The translations under genes and the position numbers were made by a program. The notes under the pieces are model-generated. The model saw nothing but the letters and a program-made list of their open reading frames with translations. It did not search any database and was not told the origin of the DNA. A DNA stretch of 64,000 nucleotides. It comes from Candidatus Eiseniibacteriota bacterium (lineage in GTDB: Bacteria > Eisenbacteria > RBG-16-71-46). This document shows, in pieces, positions 1-9,078 of this stretch (its first letter is position 1; the number at the start of each line of letters is the position of its first letter). The stretch lies in assembly GCA_963744995.1 (NCBI GenBank), contig CAVUWA010000010.1, positions 96,001-160,000 of the forward strand, written 5' to 3'.

Positions 1-578
1 AACGTGAGCGTGCTCCCGGACTTGAGCACGACCTGATAGCCGTCCGAAGCAGCCACGACACCGGTCGCGACGCCGCCGCCGACGACCGCGCCAACCACCG
101 CACCCTTCGTCGTGCCGCTGGCCGCCTTGCCGATCAGCGCGCCTGCGCCGGCACTGCCCGCAATCGCACCCAGGTTACGGGCCCGCGTCGAACCGGCCAC
201 GATGGCCTCGGTGCTGCCGTGCACGGAATAGTTGTGGCCGTTGATGTTCATCGAGGTCAGTCCGAGGTCGAGCATGGCGCGATCCCCCTTCTTGGCCGGC
301 TTGACCGATGTGACGGTGCCGGAGACCGAACTGCCGGCCGGAATCCCCTCGCGGCCGGTAGCGACGGTTCCGCTCCACGCAGAGCCGGCACTGGCGGTTT
401 CCGAGGACAGCTCGCTGCCGAGCGTCACCTCGATCGAGGATCCGGAAGGCACCGTCAGGGTGTTGTTCGCACCGGACGAGGTGCCGGTGCCGTTCTCGGC
501 GACCTTCTGTTCGTTGCAGCCCGTGAGACCGGCGACCGCGACCAGCGCGACCACGAACAACCAGTTGGAATGACGCAT
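1..578 (-). CDS. Lipoprotein with glycine-zipper region (3'-truncated by window edge)
   Basis: Translated by hand, not in ORF track. AAGGAG RBS, then ATG at 578. MRHSNWLFVVALVAVAGLTG-C lipobox; later GAIAGSAGAGALIG...GAVVGAVVGGGVATG; frame stays open to position 1. Confidence 0.8.
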   Translation of the reverse strand, partial: MRHSNWLFVVALVAVAGLTGCNEQKVAENGTGTSSGANNTLTVPSGSSIEVTLGSELSSETASAGSAWSGTVATGREGIPAGSSVSGTVTSVKPAKKGDRAMLDLGLTSMNINGHNYSVHGSTEAIVAGSTRARNLGAIAGSAGAGALIGKAASGTTKGAVVGAVVGGGVATGVVAASDGYQVVLKSGSTLT

Positions 579-1330
579 GGGACGACTCCTTTGGTCGGGC
601 GAGGACCTGCCGCTCCGCGGCAGTCGCCACCCGGGATGGATGAATTGGGAAAGTAACGCGTGTTGTTCCGCGGAATCGTCGATGTGCGCGGTCATGCGGA
701 TGACCGCGGGCCAGCCTGGGAGTGGCTGGTAGGGCGATTCGTGACTCGCGTGCGGTGTGGGGGCCGAGCCTCGGGCCGCCCCGTGCATCGGGCGAGTGCT
801 GACGGCAGCATGTGCTCATCCGCGCCACATAGCAAGGCGAATCGCTGGTGACAGTCCAACTGGTCACAGGCACAGACTTGAAGCTGTCGTTCAGGAACCG
901 GGCGATGAGCGGAACGGGCACCGTGGCCCGCAATCGCGGTCGTCGCCATCGCGCAGCGCGATCATTTCTGGCGGCGGGCGAGCCTCGGATGAACAATCAC
1001 CGGCGTCTCCCATGTCCGTTGCGAGCACAGACGTGGGACTGTCGCCGGGTCTGTCAGCGCGAATTGCCTTGTATCCCCCGCTCGGAAGCCGCATGGTGTG
1101 TTCATCGCCTGTCTCGATGCGGGGAGGCGGTCCTAGAGACCCGAACTTCCCCAGCTCGCAAGCGGGCACAGAGTCGATTGACCAACCATCCCCGGTTGGC
1201 GGCGGCCATTCCCTCCTGACCGCGCATCCGCAACGATTCCAAAGCACCTCATCCAACGAAAACTCAACGGCGACCGCGGGACCCCCGTGTTTGAACCGCC
1301 GACTCACTCTGGTTTCAAAGGAGTATTTCA

Positions 1331-1795
1331 ATGCGTCACCTACACATCATTGCAAGCGTCATTCTGCTGGCCCTGACTGCCAGTGCTCTCTCGCCGAGCC
1401 GTGCGGCTGCCGGAACCGACGTGGACCTGCGCGCCGGGTACTACACCGACATGGAAGCGGTTTCGCTCGGTGGCGGGTTGCTTTCCAGCCTGGGCTCAAG
1501 ATGGTTCTTCAATCCGAACCTCGAAATGGCCTTCGGGGACCGCGTCATGCTGAGTGCCCTGAGCGCGGACTTTCATTACGACCTGCCCTCGGCCAGCATG
1601 ATGTCGTTCTACCTCGGCGGCGGCCCCACCGTGCTCCTCGCGAATCCCGATCGCGGTGATGCGAACACGGAGCTCGGAATGAACCTTCTCGCCGGAGTGT
1701 CGTCGCTCAGCGGCCAGGTGCGTCCGTTTGCGCAGCTGAAGGCGATCCTTGCCGACAATAGTGAAGTCGCATTGATGGGCGGCATCCGCTTCTAG
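1331..1795 (+). CDS. Small outer-membrane beta-barrel protein
   Basis: AAGGAG RBS, signal peptide, amphipathic strands (FYLGGG, RPFAQLK), C-terminal GGIRF. Confidence 0.8.
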   Translation: MRHLHIIASVILLALTASALSPSRAAAGTDVDLRAGYYTDMEAVSLGGGLLSSLGSRWFFNPNLEMAFGDRVMLSALSADFHYDLPSASMMSFYLGGGPTVLLANPDRGDANTELGMNLLAGVSSLSGQVRPFAQLKAILADNSEVALMGGIRF

Positions 1796-1805
1796 ACCCA
1801 CCTCC

Positions 1806-1846
1806 TCGTGCCCGGAGGCCTTCGGCTTCCGGGCACGATTTGTTTG
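1806..1846 (+). terminator. Rho-independent terminator
   Basis: TCGTGCCCGGAGGCC-TTC-GGCTTCCGGGCACGA stem followed by TTTGTTT, 10 nt after the stop codon. Confidence 0.8.
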
Positions 1847-2097
1847 TGCATGGCCCCGATCCCCACCGGGACCCCCGCGGGTGACCGGGCGCGGACGATC
1901 GCCCGATCGCGTGCGTATCATGAGTTCCAGATGCCGCGCGGCTGGGCGGATCGCATATCCAGCACCGGGGCCGATATGGGGGCCGATGGTGGGCCGGCGG
2001 CACGAGACACCGTCGAACTCAGGCCACCCCCGGCTTGCGGATGAGGACCTCGAGGAGTGGTACAACCTGGTGGGATCAGATCAGGAGGTCGAGAGAC

Positions 2098-3507
2098 ATG
2101 GCGATGCGATCGTTGAAGACCGATTACCTCGTCGTGGGTGCGGGGGCGATGGGCATGGCGTTCACCGACGCCCTGATCGACCACGCCGACATGCACGTCA
2201 CGCTCGTCGATCGGCGTCACGTCCCCGGCGGGCACTGGCAGGATGCCTACCCGTTCGTCCAGCTCCACCAGGCATCGGTGTTTTACGGCGTCGCGTCGAC
2301 CGTGCTCGGCAGCGGCGCGGTGCAGCAGAGCGGGCCGGAGAAGGGTCTGCACGAACGGGCCCGCCAACCGGAGATCCGGGCCTATTACGATGACATCCTG
2401 CATCGCCGCTTCCTCCGCTCCGGCCGCGTCGCCTTTCTCGGAGGAAGCGATTATCACACCGACGGGTCCGCCCATCTCGTGACGTCGCGGATATCGGGTG
2501 AGACCGTCAAGGTCGACGTGCGACGCCGGGTCGTCGACGCCACCTACCTGTCGCCGACCATCCCCGCGACGACACCCCCTCCCTTCGGTGTCGCAGACGA
2601 CGTCGCCGTCGTTGCCGTCAACGAGCTTGCCCGGTTGACCGGGGCGCCGAGCAACTACGTGCTCGTCGGTGCCGGAAAGACGGCCACCGACGGGATCGTG
2701 TGGCTGTTGCAGAACGGCGTCCCGCCGGACCGCATCGTCTGGGTACGCCCGCGCGACCCGTGGATGCTCAACCGCGCGGTCGTCCAACCGGACCCGGCCG
2801 TGGCGCTGGGGCTTGTCGCGGACATCATGGCGGCGGGCGCCGATGCCGAGTCGCTCGACGACCTCTTCCTGCGGCTCGAAGCCGCCGGCGTGATGTTCCG
2901 GATCGACCGCGACGTCCTTCCCACGATGGCCAAGACTCCCACCCTCGGTGCGTGGGAGCTCGATCTGCTCCGGCGCATCGAGAACGTCGTTCGCCTCGGC
3001 CACATCCAGCACGTGACTCGCCGGGAGATCGTCCTCGAGCGGGGCACGGTCGCGCTGGCACCGGGTTCGCTCATCGTGCACTGCGCCGCCTCTGGACTGC
3101 AGTATCCGCCGCTCGTTCCCGTCTTCGGACCGACGATCCGGCTTCAGACGATCCGGGTCGGCTTCCCCTGCTTCTGCGCCGCCCTCGCCGGCTACGTGGA
3201 GGCGACTCGCGATGACGACCGGGAGCGGAACCGCCTGTGTCCGCCGAACACCCTGCCGAACAACCCCGCTGACTGGGCGCGGATGCTGGTTCGCGGTACG
3301 GTCGCCGCGGGCCGGTACGGCGCCGAGTCGGACATCGCCGCCTGGGCCAGCGGCTGCGCCCTGAACCCGGCGCGCGTCCAGGCGTCCCAAAGAAACGAGC
3401 CGGCCGTGCGGGCGTCGGCGGCGCGCCTGGCCGATGTCGCCGAGCGCGGCCTCGCGCGGCTCGCCGCGCTCGCGCACGAGCCGCTGTCCGCCCTCGATGG
3501 GGCGTGA
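2098..3507 (+). CDS. NAD(P)/FAD-dependent oxidoreductase
   Basis: DYLVVGAGAMG FAD motif, PGGHW, second Rossmann motif VLVGAGKT; GGAGG upstream of ATG 2098. Confidence 0.85.
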   Translation: MAMRSLKTDYLVVGAGAMGMAFTDALIDHADMHVTLVDRRHVPGGHWQDAYPFVQLHQASVFYGVASTVLGSGAVQQSGPEKGLHERARQPEIRAYYDDILHRRFLRSGRVAFLGGSDYHTDGSAHLVTSRISGETVKVDVRRRVVDATYLSPTIPATTPPPFGVADDVAVVAVNELARLTGAPSNYVLVGAGKTATDGIVWLLQNGVPPDRIVWVRPRDPWMLNRAVVQPDPAVALGLVADIMAAGADAESLDDLFLRLEAAGVMFRIDRDVLPTMAKTPTLGAWELDLLRRIENVVRLGHIQHVTRREIVLERGTVALAPGSLIVHCAASGLQYPPLVPVFGPTIRLQTIRVGFPCFCAALAGYVEATRDDDRERNRLCPPNTLPNNPADWARMLVRGTVAAGRYGAESDIAAWASGCALNPARVQASQRNEPAVRASAARLADVAERGLARLAALAHEPLSALDGA

Positions 3508-3712
3508 TGCCGCTCGTCGGGCGGCCCGCCTGGCCCGACCGGGCGGGTCCGATCTGTCGACGGGTGAAGGCGAACGTGGACCGGGAGAGAGTGGGACAGG
3601 ATCCAACGCCCCTCGAGGACTCTCTCCCCGGCGACGAGGGTGGAGTGATACGGGGTGAGCTGCGCCAGGGCCGGGTTACCGACGTCCGAGCCCCTCGGCC
3701 GGCTGCCCTGCG

Positions 3713-3768
3713 TACATGAAACTACCCATGCCCTCGCTCTGCGGGATTTGGGTGTTCTTGCCGATGCG
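3713..3768 (+). promoter_or_regulatory. Imperfect inverted repeat, putative operator upstream of monooxygenase
   Basis: AACTACCCA...TGGGTGTT about 60-100 nt upstream of ATG 3819. Confidence 0.4.
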
Positions 3769-3818
3769 GCTGGCAGCAGTTCCTCCCTACTCTGTCCTGG
3801 CGACGAGAGGAGGCGACC

Positions 3819-4946
3819 ATGTCCGGGAAGAATAGTCTCGAGCGGATCGAAACGGTCATCGTCGGAGCCGGACAGGCCGGCCTCGCGACCGGCTATCATC
3901 TCCGGCGCCGCCGCCGACCCTTCGTGATCCTCGAAGCGACGGGCCGCATCGGCGATAACTGGCGAACGAAATGGGATTCGCTCCGCCTGTTCACACCGGC
4001 GATGCTCAGCGAACTCCCCGGAGCGCGCCACATAGGCCCCCGCTGGGCTTTCCACACCAAGGACGAGTTCGCCGACTACCTGGAAGCCTATGCGCGGCGC
4101 TTCGATCTCGATGTGCGCACCGGCGCGTGTGTCGAAGCTGTTCGTCACGACGGCGACCGGTACGTCGTGACGGCGGGGCCGTACCGCTTCGAAGCCGACC
4201 ATGTCGTCCTCGCGACCGGCGCCCACCGTGAGCCCCGGGTGCCGCCGTTTGCATCGCGTCTCCATCACGAGACCGTGCAGGTGCACTCGAGTGCGTACCA
4301 CAACCCGAGCCAGTTGCGATCGGGACCCGTGCTGGTCGTTGGGGCAGGCAACTCCGGAGCCGAGATCGCGCTGGAACTCGCCGCGCGATACGACGTGTCG
4401 CTCGCCGGCAGCAAGGTTCCATCCTTCCCCGCCCGCCCGGCGACCATGGCTGGACGAGTCGCCATGCCGTTGTTCCTCTTCATGGCCAAGCACGTTCTCA
4501 CCACCGGCACGCCGCTCGGGCGGCGAGTCCGCCCCTATGTACGGTCGCACGCCGCGCCGCTCATCCGGGTGAAGCCCCGCGACCTGGCCCGGGCGGGCGT
4601 CCGGCGCGTGGGCCGGGTCGTCGGTGTGCAGGACGGGCGGCCCCGGCTCGACGATGGAACCGTGCTCGTTGTCGCGAACATCGTCTGGTGCACCGGCTTC
4701 CGCACGGACTTCTCGTGGATCGACCGCCCCGCGTTCCAGACCGGGGACGGGCCGGTGCATGAGCGTGGCGTCATCATCGACGAGCCGGGGATGTACCTGG
4801 TGGGACAGCTGTTTCAGCACGCGTTGGCGTCGACCTTCATCGCTGGCGTAGGCCGGGACGCAGACCATGTGGCGGGGCAGATCGCGGCACGCGCCCGCCC
4901 GACTGCGATCATGGAGCGCCAGCCCCCGAAACGTGCCGAGCCGTAG
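3819..4946 (+). CDS. Flavin-containing monooxygenase-like (CzcO-type) oxidoreductase
   Basis: VIVGAGQAG, GDNWRTKWDSL, LATG, HSSAY (FMO-like), VVGAGNSG, WCTGF; AGGAGG RBS. Confidence 0.9.
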   Translation: MSGKNSLERIETVIVGAGQAGLATGYHLRRRRRPFVILEATGRIGDNWRTKWDSLRLFTPAMLSELPGARHIGPRWAFHTKDEFADYLEAYARRFDLDVRTGACVEAVRHDGDRYVVTAGPYRFEADHVVLATGAHREPRVPPFASRLHHETVQVHSSAYHNPSQLRSGPVLVVGAGNSGAEIALELAARYDVSLAGSKVPSFPARPATMAGRVAMPLFLFMAKHVLTTGTPLGRRVRPYVRSHAAPLIRVKPRDLARAGVRRVGRVVGVQDGRPRLDDGTVLVVANIVWCTGFRTDFSWIDRPAFQTGDGPVHERGVIIDEPGMYLVGQLFQHALASTFIAGVGRDADHVAGQIAARARPTAIMERQPPKRAEP

Positions 4947-5409
4947 TCCCGGACCGCATCGGCGGCCGGAATGTCTCAGCTCCTGCGCGGCGGCGGTGGC
5001 GCGCGCAGGCAGTCCGCTCAGCCAGCCCACCCATCCCGCTCATGCCACCCCTGCCGGAGGCGCGCTCTTCGCAAGAGCCCGCCTCGCCCGCCGCCAGGCA
5101 CCGGGTGCCACACACCACGCGGCGGAACGCGCGGGAGAAGCTGGCGGGAGGATCGAGCACCCGCACGACTCGCCCGCCCGGACCCGGCGCGCGAATTCCG
5201 TGGACCGCGACCCGCCACTCTGAGAACCTCGTGTCGCTGCAACGCGTGGTGGGTCCATCCTCACCGGACCCACGGTTGGGCGGCGTCCTCCGCCGCCCGA
5301 ACGACCGGCACGTTGGCCCGCTCCCCGCGCATCGTCGTTCCGAAGGCCTGAAACCCGCTGTTCGACACTCACGCGCGGCAGTTCGCGAACCCGAAGGAGC
5401 TCTCCCAGC

Positions 5410-8193
5410 ATGTATGCCCGTAGGCATGCGTATGCCCGTTTCACCGTGCCCGTGCGGCTCGCCGTCCTGGCTGCCGTTCTTGCCACCGCGCCCGCCGGCC
5501 CGGTGTTCGCCGGCACGGCGCCGACGACCCCTACCTTCATGCTCACCTGGGGCACCCCCGGCAGCGCAGGCGGGCAGTTCACGGCGCCGGGGGCGCTGGC
5601 GGTGGACGCCGCCGGCAACGTCTACGTGGCCGATACCGGCAACGACCGGATTCAAAAATTCGACGGCCAGGGCCACTACCTGACCAGCTGGGGCTCGTTC
5701 GGCACCGGTCCGGCCAAGTTCGACAATCCCACCGGCATCGCCGTGGACGCCTACGACAACGTGTTCGTGGTCGACCAGGGGAACAGCCGCGTCAAGTCAT
5801 TCACGAGCGACGGTGTCCTCACCCATCAATGGGGATCTCCGGGCACCGGCGCCGGCCAGTTCAGCACACCCGTCGGGATCGCCGCCGATGCCGCCGGAAA
5901 CGTCTACGTCTCGGACGGCGCCAATCGCATCCAGAAGTTCACGGGCAACGGCGACTACATTCTCGAGTGGGGCGCGGCCGGAACGGGAGACGGCCAGTTC
6001 GACGGACCCGCCGGCATCGCCGTGGACGGGGCAGGGTGCATCTACGTCGCCGACGGGTCGAACGACCGCATTCAGAAGTTCAGCGACACCGGCGGTTATC
6101 TCGCCCAGTGGGGAGCGAGCGGCGCCGGCGCGGGCCAGCTCGACGCGCCGTTCGGCATCGGCGTGGATGCGCTGGGCCATGTCTACGTCGCCGAGCTCGG
6201 CAACCACCGCATTCAGAAATTCACCGCCGACGGCGTGTCGCTCACGATGTGGGGCACGCTCGGGAGCTACATCGGCGCTTTCGACCTGCCGTCGGGTGTC
6301 GCACTCGACGCGTCCGGCAACGTGTTCGTCGTCGAAATCAACAACGCCCGCGTGCAGAAGTTCAGCGGCGCAGGGATGGGCCCGCAGCAGGCGGCGCCGG
6401 CCTTCGCGCTGAACTTCGGCTCGGCGGGCTCGGGCAACGGCCAGCTCAACGCCCCATCTGCGGTCACCACGGACGCGTCAGGCTGGGTGTACGTCGCTGA
6501 TCCGTTCAATTCGCGCGTCCAGAAGTTCTCCGGGAATGGGGTCTACTCCTTCAAGTTCGGCAGCGCGGGCGCCGGTCCCGGCCAGCTCGGCTTCCTCAAC
6601 GGCGTCGCCGTGGACGCGTTCGGGAACATCTACGTGACCTGCAGCGACCATCGCGTCGAGAAGTTCGACGCGACGGGCGCGTTCATCCTGCAGTGGGGTA
6701 CCGCAGGCGCCGGCGCCGGGCAATTCAACATTCCGTTCGGCATCGCGGTAACCGCAGGGGGAGACGTGTACGTGACGGACTCCGGGAATGACCGGGTCCA
6801 GAAGTTCACGTCCACCGGCGGGTTCGTGGCCCAATGGGGCAGCCTCGGCGCCGGGACCGGACAGTTCACCGCGCCGCGCGGCATCGCGGTCGACCGGGCG
6901 GGGAACGTCTACGTCACCGACGGCAACGCGCGCGTGCAGAAGTTCACGTCGGGGGGCACGTTCCTCACGCAGTGGGCGATCAACAACTCTCCCGCGTATT
7001 CCGTTTCGAACGTGGCCGTGGATGCCGCCGGTGACGTCTACATCGCCAACGGTGGCACGAACTCGAGCATTCAGAAGTTCAAGAGTGACGGCACGTCGAT
7101 CACCACGTGGGGTGCCTACGGCACCGGCAATGGACAGTTCGCTCCCGCCTATGGCGTGGCGGTGGACGTCACCGGCAACGTGTACGTCGTGGACTACAAC
7201 GGCAATCGCGTGGTCAAGTTCGTGACCGCGCCGGCGATCCTGCTGGTCTCCGACGTCGGCAACGACCAGGGCCGGCAGACCCGGCTGCGCATCAGGGGCG
7301 CGTCGGCGGATGCCCCGGCGAACGGCGGCGTGACGGGCTACGCCGTGTACCGCGGGGTCGAGCCGCTGCCGGCTGCCGCGGGCGCATTCGACGCCGGTGC
7401 AGCCAGCGCGTTCCCGGTCGATCCAGCCGCGGTCCAGCTCGCCGGCTGGGACTACCTCGGCACGCAGCCGGCCGCAGGGGACCCCGAGTACAGCATGGTG
7501 GTGCCGACACTCGCCGATGCGAACGCGACCTCGACCTTCTACACCCGCTACCTGGTGCGCGCGCTGACCGCAGACCCGCTCACGCACTACGACTCGTTCC
7601 CCGAATACGGATACTCGATCGACAACCTCTCGCCGCCCGCGCCGACACCGTTCGCCGTCGCGTATGCGGCCGGCGTAGCGCACCTGCACTGGGGCGTGAG
7701 CAGTGCCGCGGACTTCGCCACGTTCCGTCTGTACAGGGGCGCGGATGCGGGCTTCATTCCGGGCTCCGCGAGCCTCGTCGCGTCGCTCACCGACACGGGC
7801 TACGTCGATCCGGCGCCCGCCGGGAACTACTACAAGCTTTCCGCGGTGGATCTGAACGGCAACGAGAGCGCCTTCGCGCTGGCGGGGCCGGAGCAGACCG
7901 CAGCGGTTGACCCATCGTTGCCGGCGGGGCTTGCGCTCGACGCCCTGCGCCCGAACCCGACGGCGGGGCGTAACTTGAGCGTGTCGTTCTCGCTCCCCGT
8001 GGCGGGCACGGCCCGGCTCGAGCTGCTCGACCTGATGGGACGGCTCGTCGTCCGACGCGAGGTGGGGACGCTGGGGATCGGTCGGCATGTCGTGGATCTG
8101 GCCACCGGACGCAGGCTTCCCCCCGGACTCTACCTGGTGCGCCTCAGCCAGAACCGCCAGGCGCGGGTGGCCCGGGTGGTGGTGACCGAATGA
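5410..8193 (+). CDS. Secreted NHL-repeat beta-propeller protein with FlgD-Ig/T9SS-like C-terminal domain
   Basis: Signal peptide; about 12 repeats of WG..G.G.GQF..P.GIAVD..GNVYV.D..N.RIQKF; CTD motifs PNP, LELLDLMGRLV, PGLYLVRL. Confidence 0.9.
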   Translation: MYARRHAYARFTVPVRLAVLAAVLATAPAGPVFAGTAPTTPTFMLTWGTPGSAGGQFTAPGALAVDAAGNVYVADTGNDRIQKFDGQGHYLTSWGSFGTGPAKFDNPTGIAVDAYDNVFVVDQGNSRVKSFTSDGVLTHQWGSPGTGAGQFSTPVGIAADAAGNVYVSDGANRIQKFTGNGDYILEWGAAGTGDGQFDGPAGIAVDGAGCIYVADGSNDRIQKFSDTGGYLAQWGASGAGAGQLDAPFGIGVDALGHVYVAELGNHRIQKFTADGVSLTMWGTLGSYIGAFDLPSGVALDASGNVFVVEINNARVQKFSGAGMGPQQAAPAFALNFGSAGSGNGQLNAPSAVTTDASGWVYVADPFNSRVQKFSGNGVYSFKFGSAGAGPGQLGFLNGVAVDAFGNIYVTCSDHRVEKFDATGAFILQWGTAGAGAGQFNIPFGIAVTAGGDVYVTDSGNDRVQKFTSTGGFVAQWGSLGAGTGQFTAPRGIAVDRAGNVYVTDGNARVQKFTSGGTFLTQWAINNSPAYSVSNVAVDAAGDVYIANGGTNSSIQKFKSDGTSITTWGAYGTGNGQFAPAYGVAVDVTGNVYVVDYNGNRVVKFVTAPAILLVSDVGNDQGRQTRLRIRGASADAPANGGVTGYAVYRGVEPLPAAAGAFDAGAASAFPVDPAAVQLAGWDYLGTQPAAGDPEYSMVVPTLADANATSTFYTRYLVRALTADPLTHYDSFPEYGYSIDNLSPPAPTPFAVAYAAGVAHLHWGVSSAADFATFRLYRGADAGFIPGSASLVASLTDTGYVDPAPAGNYYKLSAVDLNGNESAFALAGPEQTAAVDPSLPAGLALDALRPNPTAGRNLSVSFSLPVAGTARLELLDLMGRLVVRREVGTLGIGRHVVDLATGRRLPPGLYLVRLSQNRQARVARVVVTE

Positions 8194-8367
8194 AATGAAG
8201 CGACCCCGGTTTGCCGCTCCACCCCTTCGGGCCCGGCCCACGGGCCCGGGGTGTCCACCGCGCGGGAACCGCATCCGGACCACCACTTTCGATGCGAAGG
8301 TGCTCACGGTCGGTGTCCGGGCGCGCGGATCGTGCACGGGTTCGGACACGATCCGACGCCCGACTCC

Positions 8368-8793
8368 TTACTTGCGTTGCTGCTGGTCGATCTGCGAGCG
8401 CAGCTCCTCGTCCCTGGCTCGCAGTTCAGGCGTGAGCTCCTTCCCGAAGTCCTCGGGCTCGAAGATGGGTCGGAGCGTGATCTCGACGCCACCGTCGAAC
8501 GGGGCGCGCTTGAGCCACTCGACCGCCTCCTCCATCGAGTTCACCTGCCAGATCCAGTATCCCGCGACGACCTCCTTGGACTCGGCGAAGGGGCCGTCGA
8601 TGATGGTGTGCCGGCCACCGTCGAACTTCACGCGCTTGGCCTTCGAGGTCGGGGTGAGTCCCTGACCGTCCAGCATGACGCCTGCCTTCACCAGCGCCTC
8701 GTTGAACTTCATCATCTTTCCGACGAGCTCCTGGCTCGGCATCACGCCGGCCTCGGAGTTGCTGTCCCCTGGGACGAGCACCATCACCCGCAT
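8368..8793 (-). CDS. YciI/DGPF family protein
   Basis: DGPFAESKEVVAGYW signature; AAGGAG RBS before ATG 8793. Confidence 0.92.
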   Translation of the reverse strand: MRVMVLVPGDSNSEAGVMPSQELVGKMMKFNEALVKAGVMLDGQGLTPTSKAKRVKFDGGRHTIIDGPFAESKEVVAGYWIWQVNSMEEAVEWLKRAPFDGGVEITLRPIFEPEDFGKELTPELRARDEELRSQIDQQQRK

Positions 8794-8871
8794 CGTTCCG
8801 CTCCTTTTGCTGGATGGGAGGACGCCTGGACCGAGATGGCCGCGAGCGCCCTTCCGGGTCTCCAACAGGGC

Positions 8872-8898
8872 GACGAATGAGACCCGCCCGGATCGACA
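8872..8898 (-). promoter_or_regulatory. ECF42-type sigma promoter for the DGPF gene
   Basis: TGTCGA-N17-CGTC on the minus strand, 79 nt upstream of the start codon. Confidence 0.7.
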
Positions 8899-9078
8899 TC
8901 GCGCGACCCTTTTTTCCCCCGCCCATAGTCGTCCCATGGAAGATGAGGATTCTCAACCCGCTTCTGGCCGGGCCGGGGCGCGGGCGCGGCGGGGTTCGTC
9001 GCGAGGGGCCGCGCCGTCTGCTCAGTGGAACGGTCGTCCCGTCACGGATCGCCGGTGTAACTGCACTCCCATCCTCGC

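Noticed and set aside
175..996. 273-aa minus-strand ORF in the track
   Set aside because: Wrong frame; the real gene is the lipoprotein starting at 578 with RBS and lipobox
5560..7220. Periodic DNA repeats as a non-coding array
   Set aside because: Explained by in-frame NHL protein repeats
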